DNA of 64,000 nt from the human T2T-CHM13v2.0 reference genome, Homo sapiens, in NCBI RefSeq assembly GCF_009914755.1, contig NC_060929.1; one strand, written 5' to 3'. Both the position numbers and the translations under genes were made by a program. This document shows, one piece after another, positions 15,831 to 29,405 of the stretch (its first letter is position 1; each line of letters opens with the position of its first letter). The notes beneath the pieces are model-generated. The model was not told where the DNA came from. It did no database searches and saw nothing but the letters and a program-made list of their open reading frames with translations.

Positions 15831-18031
15831 CTTGCATTGGGGTAGTGTCTCTATGTATTAAATGGTTCTCTCTCCAACTCTTTTCTACAGCTCTAATGCC
15901 AAAGGTCAAGGCAGTCTCAAAAAAAAAAAATCTTGACTGTCTCACTAACCACTCACCTTTCCCTTTACGTTCTATAAAACAGAAGCAAGAAGTAGACTTC
16001 AGGCAGACTCATTTAAAGAACTTCTCTCTTGTAATGTCCTAATCACCCCTCTCTCCAGAGCCAGGCTAGCAATTGTCTAGGCATACTCTAGCTAGATATT
16101 AAGAACAAACATATTATTTTCTAGGTATAAAAGAGGAGCATTATATAAAGATTTTGTAAATCACAGTGCACTGGTCTAGCTTGTTCTAGTTCTCTGCATT
16201 GGCAGTTCTCTGTCAATGGTAATTTGCCTCCCTTGCCCATTAGTATCCCTCGCATACAAATTCCAATGAAAACCTGGTAGAAGCACTAATTCACTTTGGT
16301 CATGATTCAGTTAATCCCCTAAGCACATACCACCTAAAAGCATCCCAATCCCACCCAATTTCTAACAAGAATTGAAATTTGGTAATAACTTTATTGTTAT
16401 TATTTTGATCATTATCATAATTGATCCCAGACATTGTACCAAATTACTTCGAAGTTAGAAATGTACCATTTGCTACAGAAAAGAAAAATGAAGACAAACT
16501 TGAGCATATAATCAAGCAGCTGATTAAGCCTAGTAAGCCATATGAATGACACCAACAATAAAGTTTAATGGCACATTTAAGTTTTGTGCAGATCATAATT
16601 GTACTGCAAACAAGGCATTTAAGTACCACTCAAATCCAGTATCTACTGACAGTGCACTCCTTACTATTTATTCAAGGGGAAAATTTCAGTGAAGTCTGAT
16701 TTTACCTAAATGTGTTAACAAGTGGGAATGTAATTTAAGTGCCTTCAGAATAGATTTTTTTTTTTTGGCTTCTAGAATTTCCCAATTCTTTATGAAGTGA
16801 TAATACTTTATAGCATTTCATGTTTGTATATTTAAATAATCCTCACATGCTGAGACCAGCAGGAGGATAAACTCAGAGAAGGCTTCATATTGCTGTGATA
16901 CTACAAATATCTGATCTTAAAAAAAGAGAATTAGAAATTTGAAACTTCAAGTCACATTTTTAAACTACCATATAAGTTACAGTGGTTATTTACTTTATCC
17001 AGAAAACAAAACACATAATACATATCTTACCTAAATTAACAAAGGACTTGAAGCAGGAAAATTCTTCTGTTCCAAAACCAATCAAAGCTCCGAATCCTCC
17101 TGCTTTCTACAAAATATTTTTTTCCCACAAAAGACCACCATCGCTTAGCCATACTGCTAGTTACAGGAAATAAACTCTGTGACACTGAAGTTGCCAACAC
17201 AAGGACACTTTGCTGAATGTTAGCCATTTATATTATTAGACCTATGCTTAAACACAGTATGCCAAATGGCTCTCATTAGTATTTTCTACATAAGCACAAA
17301 ATGATAAAGTCCCTTCCTATGATCATAAGAGTCAAGAATTTTACAAGTAGACTTCTCCTTCCAACATTACAGCCAAGTCCCCCAAGGAATCCTCCTATGT
17401 AGTAAACCCTAGGAAGCACAATACAAAACATTAGAATATCTATAAATTCCACTCACGAATATAAAGAAAGAAAACCATAATAACTTCAATATCTGCAGAA
17501 AAGCATTTGATAAAATTCAAAACCTATTTTTGGAAAAAAAGTCATAGAAAACTAGGAATCAAAGGAAACGTCTGTAAGCTGACAAAAAGGTTAAAAAAAC
17601 AAGCAAACAAAAATAACCACTTACAACAAAATTACTCTTAATGATGAAATATTTGTAAAAGTCTCTTCAAAATCAAGAACCAGAAAAGAATGCCCATCAT
17701 TACCACTTTACTATTACCACTTCTATTCAAAGTTTGTTTGACATTCTATCCAATGCAGTAGGACACTGAAAATAAATAAAAACACAGTAACAATTTTAAA
17801 AAGGAAATCAAAGTTATCATTATTTTCAAATGATATAACTATCTAAAACAACAAAAAGAATCAAAAAACAAGGTCCTCTAAAAAAAAAAAAACAAGAATC
17901 TCTGTATCATTAGGAATAAAAAGAGAATTCAACAAGATGGCTTGCTCTAAGATTTATATTTTTTAAAAAAATTGTATTTACAAATACTAGCAACAATCAG
18001 TTATAAAGCACAGTTTTTTAATACATCATTA

Positions 18032-18356
<325 letters not shown>

Positions 18357-19279
18357 AATAGCAAAAATTAAAAACTTACATGATTAAAATAAATCCAACA
18401 AAAGATGTTATACCTATATTCAGAAAATGATAAAATGCTACTGAAATACATTAAAGAAGACTGAAATACAAAAAATATACTGTATCTATGAATAGAAAGA
18501 CTCACCAGTGTGACAATATCAATTTCCCTCTACTTTATATGTAGATCTAAGGGAATTCTACTCAAACCCCAAAATGTTTTTCACAGAACTTGAAAAACTA
18601 ATTCAAAAAGTTACATGGAAAGAGAATCGCCAAGAACTGATAAGACACTCCTAAAGAATGTGATAGGAAGAATTGCCTTGCCAGGTTTCACAGTAATTAA
18701 GAAAGCATGCCATTAATACTAGAATAAACAAATTGACAAATAGAACAGGATGGAACTCCAAAACAGAGCCACATAACAGATCCATATGACACAGATGACA
18801 CCATCATATCACTGGGGAAAACAGGGATTTTTTTAACAATTGGAAAAAACTGGTTAACTGCACAATTTTAAAAAAAGAAAAAGAAATAAATTAGATACCT
18901 ATCTCACTTCATACATGATCAATTTCAAATGGTTTAAGGGTACAAATGTGAAACTCAAACTTTAAACCTCTTAGGGAAAAATACAGGAGACTACTACTTT
19001 GATGTTGGGGCAAGGAATACAACCACAATGAAATATTTACACTTATTAGAAAAAATTAAGAAGTCCGACAATACCAAAAGTTAAAAAGAATGCAGAATAA
19101 TACAGATTCTTATTCATGTTTCTGGTCAAAAGATAAATTAAACTACTCTGGAAAAAACTAGCATGAGATATCCAAGTTATCCAGCAATCTCACACCTTGG
19201 TCCACTACCTGATCTTATACATGTACACCAGGGGACAGACATAAAAATGTTCACGAAATGTTTCCATCATCAAAACAGT

Positions 19280-19770
19280 CAGTTTATTCATTATCTGTAA
19301 CTACATAACAAATTACCTCAAAACACAGTGTCACAAAGCAACAATAAATATTTGTAAAATCCCAGTTTCTGTAGATCAGAAATTTAGGAGCAGCTCAGCT
19401 GGGAAGTTCTCAATCAAGTTCATGAGATTGCAGTCAGAATATTGGCAAGTTCTGCAATCATCTGAAGGTTTGACTGGGGACAGAGGATTCACTTCCAAGA
19501 TGGCTCACTCACATAAATAAATGATTGGTACTGATTGTTGTTACGGGCCTCCCATACTCAAACAGATCTGTGCAGAAGCCCATGTGGGAGGGCTTTCTCA
19601 AGAAAGATAGATCCAGTAAAGCAAGCGGAAAGCTGAAGAAGTCTCACCATCATTTCCTTGACATCCTACTGGCAGAAGGCAGCCCTACTCAATGTGGTAG
19701 AAGTTTATACAAAGGCATGAATATCAAGAAGCAAAGATCACTGGGGACCATCTTAGAATTTGGCTACAAC
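19280..19770 (-). mobile_element. Old MaLR LTR (MLT1-type)
   Basis: taacaaattacctcaaaac...gtttctgtagatcagaaatttaggagcagctcagctggg...ttccaagatggctcactcac. Confidence 0.65.
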
Positions 19771-20595
19771 AAATGGAAAAAAAACTGTTCTCCAATTATA
19801 GGAGAGCAAATATACTGTAGTACATTAACAGGGCAAAGATGAGTATTACACAGTGGTAAAAATGAATGAAGCACAACTACACTCAAAAACGTAGATGAAT
19901 TTTCCAAAAATACTAGCGAGGAAACCAAATCTTAGAACACTACATACAGAACAATATCATTTATATTGAGCTAAACTAAAACAAATTATTAGTATCACAA
20001 ATTGTGATAAAACCGTAAGAAAAATCAAGAGAAAAAATAAATGCAAAATTCAATAGTTATTACCACTGGGAAAGAACAGAAGGCATGAGATGGGAAGAAG
20101 CACATAAGTCAATGCAAGTTATTGATAGTGTTTTGAATCTTGGATTCAGGGGTAAATTTATAGGTGTTAATTATATTATACTATATAACTTGCATAAGCA
20201 TTACAGATATGGAGGCCACTTTTATATCAGTATATCACATACATATAATCAACAATAACCTTGGTTGCACACAATCTTTTTTATCAACAATATGTTCTTT
20301 AAATAAGTGACAAAAATATTAACAAAAGAAATACAGTCACACAACACATAACAACATTTTGGTTAATGACAGAATGCATATTAAGACAGTGGCCCCATAG
20401 GATTATAAGGAAGCTGAAAAATTCCTACCACCTAGTGACATCATAGCTGGCATAACATCATGATACAACACATTACTCATGTGTTTGTGGTGATGCTGGT
20501 ATAAACAAACATACTGCACTGCCAGTCATATCAAAGTTTAGCATATACAAATACATATAGTACGTAAATACTTGATAAAGATAATAAACGACTAG

Positions 20596-20907
<312 letters not shown>

Positions 20908-21317
20908 GGTGACTATGTTTTTACTACACAATACTTTTCACGTAAAGTGTACTGCTTATTTAAAAAATAAAAAAGTTAACTGTAAAACAGCCTCTGGCAG
21001 GTCCTTCACAAAGTATTCCAGAAGAAGGCATTGTTATCATAGGAAATAGCAGCTCCATATGCGTTGCTGGCCTGAAGATCTTCCAGCGGGACAAGATGTA
21101 GAAGTAGAAGACAGTGTTATTGATGATCCTGACCCTGGGTAGGCCTGGGCTAATACGTATGTTTGTGTCTTCATTTTTGGCAAAAATGTTTTAAAAATAA
21201 ACTTTGAAAATAGAAAAAAGCTTACAAAATAAGGATATAAAGAAAGAAAATACTTTTGTACAGCTGAACAATATGTGTTTTAAGCTAAGTATTATTACAA
21301 AAAAGTCAAAAAGTTGA

Positions 21318-21468
21318 TGTGGCATGGTGACGCGCTTTGTAATCCCACCTACTCGGGGGGCTAAGGCAGGAGGATGGCTTGAGCCCAAGAGTTTGAATCT
21401 GCAGTGAGCTATGATCACCCACTGCACTCCACCTGGGCAGCAGAATAAAATCCCATCTCTTAAAAAAA
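21318..21468 (+). mobile_element. Alu right monomer (FRAM/AluJ-like)
   Basis: ggcatggtgacgcgctttgtaatccc...gagctatgatcacccactgcactcc plus A tail. Confidence 0.8.
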
Positions 21469-22453
21469 AATTAATTTTAAAATTTATAAAAGTAAGAAAG
21501 TTACAGTAAGCTAGTTTATTATTGAATAAAACTAGTTGTATATATTTCATGTAGCCTAAGTGTACTGTAAAGTAAAAAAGTTACAGTAAGCTAGTTTATT
21601 ATTGAATAAAACTAGTTGTATATATTTTGTGTAGCCTAAGTGTACAGTGTTTATAAAGTCTACAGTAGTATACAGTAATGTCCTAGGCCTTCACATTCAC
21701 TCACCACTCACTTACTCACTCAGAGCAACTTCCAGGCCTGCAAGCTCCATTAAGTGGTCTATAAAGGTGTTCCTTTTTTAAAAATATTTCATGCTATATT
21801 TTTACTGTACCTTTTCTATGTTTATATACGTTTAAATAAACAAATTCCACTGTGTTACCATTGCCTATGGTATTCAGCATAGTAACATGTCATATAGGTT
21901 TGGAGCCTTGGAGCAATATATACCATATGTAGCCCAGGTGTGTAACAGACTATAACATCTAGGTGTGTGTAAGTACACTCTATGCTGTTCGCACAACAAT
22001 GAAATCACCTAACAACACATTTCTCAGAAAATATCCCCAACATTAAGTGACTCATGACCATACTACAATTTTAGTGGCATTGCCTTTTATAATTTGTTCT
22101 TTGGGACATATTTCTTAGGGATAATGCTGACAGTGCCGTTCCATCTATTTAGTGAGAAAGTTGGAGGTTCTGCTGATGAGTAAAACTGATAGAAGCAGTT
22201 ATTCTAAAAAAGGATAAACAGGTACTGAGTAAACCTCAGAGCAGCTATATATCAATAACATATTGTTACTAAAACCCAATTGATTCCTTGCCTGTTTTCA
22301 AACGGAACTAGTATTTTGAGTAAAAATTTATTACCTCAGAAACTTTTACATCCGCTATTACAAAAGACAAACTATAAATATTGTTTAAAACTTGACTTAA
22401 AAAATAATAATGCCCTACATCTTATAATAAAATATTTTAAAATGCAACTATTG

Positions 22454-22760
22454 GGCCAGGCACAGTGGCTGACACCTATAACCCCAGCACCTTGGGAGGC
22501 CAAGGCGGGAGGATTGCTTGAGGCCAGGAGTTCAAGACCAGCCCTGGCAACATAGCAAGACGGTATCTCTACAAAAAATTTAAAAATTAGCCAGATGCAT
22601 TGGCATGTGCTTGTAGTCCCAGCTACTTGGGAGGGTGAGGCAGCAGATATCAGGAGTTTGACGTTACACTGAGCCATGATCATGCCACTGTGCTCCAGCC
22701 TGGGCAACAGAGCAAGACCCTGTCTCAAAAAAGTAATAAAATGTAAAATAAAATAAAAGT
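22454..22760 (+). mobile_element. AluJ
   Basis: ggaggattgcttgaggccaggagttc...caacatagcaagac, with a short deletion in the right arm. Confidence 0.88.
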
Positions 22761-23646
22761 AAGCCCTTTTGAAAATCTCAAGTGTCATTTAAGCACTTTT
22801 CTTTGGCATATTTCCACTAGTAAGTATAATAAGTAAAATCAGCCTTTGAAGATGTATAAGAAATTAAATTTTTTAAAATGCTGGGCTAAGGGGCAGTTAT
22901 AAGCACCTTGCAAACGAAAAATGAAGGCTGAGAATTCAATTCAGAATAATCTGTCCCTTTGGTTGCTAAAGGATGGGTTCATTTAATTATAAAAGAAAGT
23001 TTCCCACAGACGGTTATCTCTCAGTCCTTCAACATGATGTAAAAATGGACTTCAATTCCGAGAAAAAATAATGATTTTCCTTGTTTTTCCAAAATAAGGT
23101 GAAAAAGGAAAATGCTGTAACAGCAGCCACTGGAGGGAGGACTTGATGTTAGAATAAGAATAAAACAAGCATAAAACATTTATTTGGTGCTTTGTCTGAA
23201 CCAAACATTTTGTTAAACTCATTTCTATTTGTTTAAGTGACAAATGCTGAAAATACTGCTTTTTCTGCATGAGAGTTAAACTTCCTTTCACTGAAAAACA
23301 GATGTTGTTTCAAGTGTCCTTTATTGGTACACAAATCAGCAGTGAGAAAATTATAAAGCTGCCTGGACTGACAAAGAACTAGCACTATCGCTTAGTCTAA
23401 GAATATATTTAAAGGCCTATGCTTAACTTTAAATGTCTTTATTTTTGTTCCTTTGAAATATTATCCACTCAGTTTGCTAGAAGACCGCAGGTACTATTTT
23501 GTCTTTAAATAAATACCTGAAATCTGGATATCGATAAATTCGGACAGCTTTTTAAAAACCTGTGGCATAGCTCTCGATGTGGTTAAGGGGTTTTGTTTTT
23601 ACTAAAAATACTCATATATTTTAATAACTATTGGTTTAAAACCGTT

Positions 23647-23650
<4 letters not shown>

Positions 23651-23695
<45 letters not shown>
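23651..23695. repeat. (CA)n microsatellite, read as (UG)n in FAM172A pre-mRNA
   Basis: About 22 pure units. Confidence 0.97.
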
Positions 23696-23699
<4 letters not shown>

Positions 23700-24186
23700 G
23701 AGGGATCCCAGAGTAAGCTGTAAGCCTCCAGTGCTTACCTTTTGCAGATAACTAAGTATACAAACATATTCTAATAAAGCAAGTTTAAACGAAGATTCCA
23801 AACACAAAATCACAGAACTGAAAGGGAATAGAAAGGAGCTCTTTCACAATTCTGGTTTCTATTGTAATGGTAGTTATATACTATACAATAGATGCCAGGC
23901 TTCTGGAAAGTTCTGAAATAATTCCAAACATAGCAAAATCCATTCTTTCCCTTTCAAAACGACTATTTACACAATCATTATTTTGGAGCTGACTTCTTAA
24001 ACTCAAGAATCTTACTATGATTTAATCAATGAACCAACAAAACTTTCAGTCAGTTCTGAATAAGAGCAATCCAGAAAAAAAAGCAAGAACTAAAATATAA
24101 AAACTCTGGAATAAATATTCATCTGACAAGATATTCAATTGAATAAGGAAATCAATCTCAGAAAATGAATTCTTAAAAATGAATCA

Positions 24187-24916
<730 letters not shown>

Positions 24917-26122
24917 TATCATCACTAAAATTATCATCACTAAATTGCCTAGTAATTTTCCAATTCAGCAACAATTTATTTTCCATGTAAAGAAGGCGCT
25001 TCCTTTGGATTTATCAAAATAGGAATGCTTTAACAGTCTTTGAATTAAAAAAAACATAGTGAGAAATTAGCTTATGTAATTCAGTTCATTATTAAGGGTT
25101 GACCTGACTGAAGTCTTTCTTCATTTCAAGAGAGAAAGAGAAAGGAAGTGGACGCGCAAGACAGAAACTTTATATTGTAATTAAAATAATTAAAAACACA
25201 AACACATATGCTTGTTTTGATAAAAATAATTATACATGTTTCTTGTTGAGGAAATATATCCAGAATAAATAAGGTTGTTTTAAATAGTTTGTTTTCAATT
25301 ATGAAACTGAAATGTCTAAGTTCTTAGCAGTTATTGCAGTATTCCTAATACAAATAAAACTTCACCATTACAATCACTCACTGTTTCAAAATAATGAGTT
25401 ATTACCTATAAATAATATTCTAGTCACAACCACCTGTCAAATACTTAGCACAAATGGATTTAACATATTGGCCACCTTGAAGAAAGTAGTTAAAGACCAT
25501 CAAAGAACAGGATACAGATCATTAATGCTTCAAGGCCAGAGAGAAGAGGCTCAAATGGCCTCCAGTGAAATCAACTTTGTTCATAAGCAGTGAAGTCCTG
25601 TAAGTCATAGCTTATACTGAATGAAGAGTGGAAACTGAAGCAAACTGGAAAACATATGGCTCATCTCAAGGGAGTTCCGACTTGCCACACTGTTCCCATA
25701 TAGAATGGAGCCACAGTGTGACTGGAACTTCGTATTTTTCAGGAGAAATCAAAAGCCCAATTTTTACTTAAATTAGATGGAAACTAATTTTTAAAAATTT
25801 AAGATTGTGGACGCTCACTTAGTTTGGGGGTCTCCAATTTGTAAAGTCTACTCTATGTAACATTATAGAGAGTATAATTGACTGATATTCTCCTATACAG
25901 CTTAGCAACATCTAGGCCAAAAACAGACATACCATTAATAAAAATATGACTCCAATGATCCAAGAAAATAGTAAACCTTCAGAAAGTAGACTCGGGTCAA
26001 AAATACTTTCCAAAACCAAGCTTTCATGATTATCTCCACTTTGCAACAGTTGAACTATGACTTTCTTATACTGGCACAAGTACTGACACCTCTCCAAAGC
26101 ACTTAGCATTACAAAAATAATA

Positions 26123-26352
26123 GGCAGGGTGCAGTGGCTCACACCTGTAATCCCAGCATTTTGGGAGGTTGAAGCAGGAGGATCGTTTGACCAGCCTGGC
26201 CAACAAAACAAAACCTTGTCTTTCCAAAAAAAAAAAAAAATACAAAAAATTAGCCAGGTGTGGTGGCACATGCCTGTGGTCCCAACTACTCAGGAGTCTG
26301 AGGTGGTAGGATTGCTTGAGCCTGAGAGGTCAAGGCTACGGTGAGCTATGAT
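26123..26352 (+). mobile_element. AluJ, 3'-truncated
   Basis: Left arm, linker and right arm ending at gtgagctatgat, with no tail. Confidence 0.85.
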
Positions 26353-27333
26353 AAAACTTCTAAATATGATATTTCCCTCTGCTCTTAGGTCTTTACCATC
26401 TATGTACATATCCTTGTGCTTGAAATTTCTTCATTTAAAAATCATGATGTATCTTCCTGTGCCACAGCAAAGTTTGGATAGCATGGTTCCTGATATATCA
26501 TGACTATCTAGGACTAACTCTAATGTCACTACTTGTAATTATGTTCCTTGCCAACACATAACTCCAAGTCTTATTTTTGTGTCTTTCATTTTTCTGTTAT
26601 ACATTTTCTTGAAATCTTATCTGTAAATTTCTATAATGTTATTCCATTTCAGTTCTGTAAGTAAAAAACTTAATTAAATGCTTATAATTCAAATATTATA
26701 CTTAGTTCCTCAAATATGGATTCTGTCCTAGATTTTTCTATTTTCAACTAAAAAGATGTCTACCAAAATGCTTTCACCATGCCTAGAAAACAGTAGGAAC
26801 ATATATACACACATAATTATGGATGAATATATATCTAATAGTTTAAGTTCTATTAGATGCTCCTTTGCTTTTTATACCTAATTGAAACATCCTTTAACTC
26901 TACAGCCCTACAAATACCTCAATGTAGCAGGTTATGGGTAAATTCATTGTTTAAAATGTTCTAAAGGACACAGCTCTTTAAATCTGTGATAAATCTTATT
27001 AGAAGGTAAATATTTTCAATTGAACTCTTTTCTAAATATAGGGGGAAAACCTGTATTGCATCTTCTTAAAACATGAACACAGGTATATTATTTTTCTATA
27101 ACCTTTCATTTCATCTTTCCTTCTACTTTTATATACCTGTGTTGTTTGCTCAGTCATTTAAGATATATAATCTAAAAGTCTTCATTGAGGTCCTTCTGAT
27201 ACATTTCTTCAAGTTTTTAAAAAATTTCAGATGACTCAACTTTAAAAGTAATATATAGGAAACCGTGCTCTACTAGATCACAAATAATCTAACTGCTGAT
27301 TAACAACAACAAAAAAGACTAGCTATCAATTAG

Positions 27334-28560
27334 TACATTAATCTGCTTGAGCGGCCATACAAAATACCATACACAGGGTGGGTTAAACAACAGAAATTTG
27401 TTTTCTTACAGTCTGGAGGCTAGAAGTTCCAGAAAAAGATATAAAAGGACCAGTTTCTGGTGAAGGCTCTCTTTCTGCCTTTCAGAAGACTGCATTCTTA
27501 CTGGAGAAAGGGAGAGCTCTCTGGTGTCTCTTCTGATAAGGACACTAATCCTAGTGGATCAGGGTCCCACCTTTATGACCTCATTTAACCTTAATGACTT
27601 CCTTACTCCAAATACAGTTACACTGTAGGTTATGGCTTCAACATACAAATTTTGGGGAAATTCAATTCAGTCAATAGCATTCTGCCACTGGCCTCCTCAA
27701 AATTCATGTCCTTATCACATGCAAAATGCATTCATTACATCCCAACAGCCCCAAAATTCTTAACTGATTCCATCATCAACTCTAATGCCTAATGTTCAAA
27801 GTTTCATCTAAATATCATCTAAATTAGGTATGGGTAAGAACGAGGTATGATTCACCCTACAGCAAAATTCCTCTCCAGCTGTAAACCTGTGAAACCTGAC
27901 AAGTTATGTATTTCCAAAATACAACGGTGGGACAGGCAAACAATAGACATTCCCATTCCAAAAGGGAGACTTAGAAAGATATTAGAAAGAAGGAAGAAAA
28001 GGGTGATGCCCCAAACCAGTGCCAAACTTAGAAAGGCAAATTCCACTCCATCATTAAGGTTCAAGAATAATCTCCTTTGGTTTGACACTCTGTTCTCCAG
28101 GCCCTCTCTATTTTCCAGTTCCAAAGCCACATGTACATTTTAAGGTATTTGGTAGAGCAACATCCCAATTCATGGTATTACAATTTGTATTAGTCTAGTC
28201 AGGCTGCCATAACAAAACTGCATAGACTGGGTTGCTTAAACAAGATAAATTTATTTTCTCACAGCTCTTGAGGCTAGAAGTCCTACATCAAGGTCCAGCA
28301 GGGTTGGTTGGTTTCTGATAAGCGCTCTTTTCCTGGTTTGCAGATTTTTGCTTTCTCACCATGTCCTTACATGGTAAAGAGAAAGTGACCAGGAGAATGG
28401 CCTCTCTGGTGTCTCTTCTTACGAAGACACTAATCCTATGGGACCAAGGTCCCATCCTATGACCTCATTTAACCTTAATTACTTGCTTACTCCAAATGCA
28501 ATCATATTGGGGTTAGGGTTTCAACATACAAATTGGAGGGACATAATTCAGTCAATAGCA
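27334..28560 (-). mobile_element. MLT1A-type MaLR with two LTRs (27334-27680, 28187-28560) and a short internal segment
   Basis: Both LTRs end attcagtcaatagca (TGCTATTGACTGAAT on the minus strand). 5-bp TSD ATTAG at 27329-27333 and 28561-28565. Confidence 0.85.
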
Positions 28561-28789
28561 ATTAGAAAGGAAAGTATCAGGGGACTGTAATATGTTTAGG
28601 GACATTCGTATTATAATAGTCTTGATATTTTCCCCAATATCCTCTCATCTTAGAAGATGCATTACTTCAACAATGTGGTATGTTTATCCCTGCTTTCAAA
28701 TAGAAAAGCCAATTTTGTCCCAAATTAGAGAAAGAAAGAAGCAGAGAAAGATGATGCAAAGGGTTTTTTGCACCTAGAGAGACAGACAG

Positions 28790-29405
28790 AACAGTCCACA
28801 AAAGAAACTACCCCACTTCTCACACCATTGTAAGTTCAGAGGATTCCCAAAACCATTCTCAGTTTCCATAATTTGCTGGAAAGACTCACAGAACTCACTG
28901 AAAGCTATTATATTCCCAGTTACAGTTTATTACAGGGAAAGGATATAGATTAACAGGAGCAAAGAAAAGGTGCACATAAGACAGAGACTAGGAGGGTACC
29001 AAACATGGAACTGCCATTGTCCTCTCCCCATGACGTCATGATCACGTCATTCTCCTGCTTTCTGTTTAACAATACACACAGAGTATGGCCAACTAGGAAG
29101 GCTCACAGAAGACAGAGTGTTCAGAGTTTTTCTTGGGACTCTGTTACTTAGGCATGAATGACTAATTGACTGCCCACATGGTTGAGGTCAGCCTCCAGGT
29201 TAACTGATATCACTTGACCAAAAGCCCCACCCTAAGTCACATAGTTAGTATTTCTGGCATGGGCAGCCCCCACCCAAAGACTGTAATAGACACAGCCAGC
29301 CCTGATCCTCAATCATACCATTAGTGTGGCCCAAGGCATTATCATCCGTAAAGTGAGGGCAAAGGCCAGACTTCTGTTTGGGCAAGATTATGTTTTTTAC
29401 TAAAT
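28790..29405 (-). mobile_element. MER21-like LTR
   Basis: actcacagaactcactgaaagc...ttacagtttattacagggaaaggata, homologous to the copy at 49.3 kb. Confidence 0.7.

Noticed and set aside
22372-22788. 138-aa ORF and similar ORFs at 11209, 18029, 20636, 25912, 44003 and 55111
   Set aside because: Typical Alu-derived open frames with no promoter or splice context.
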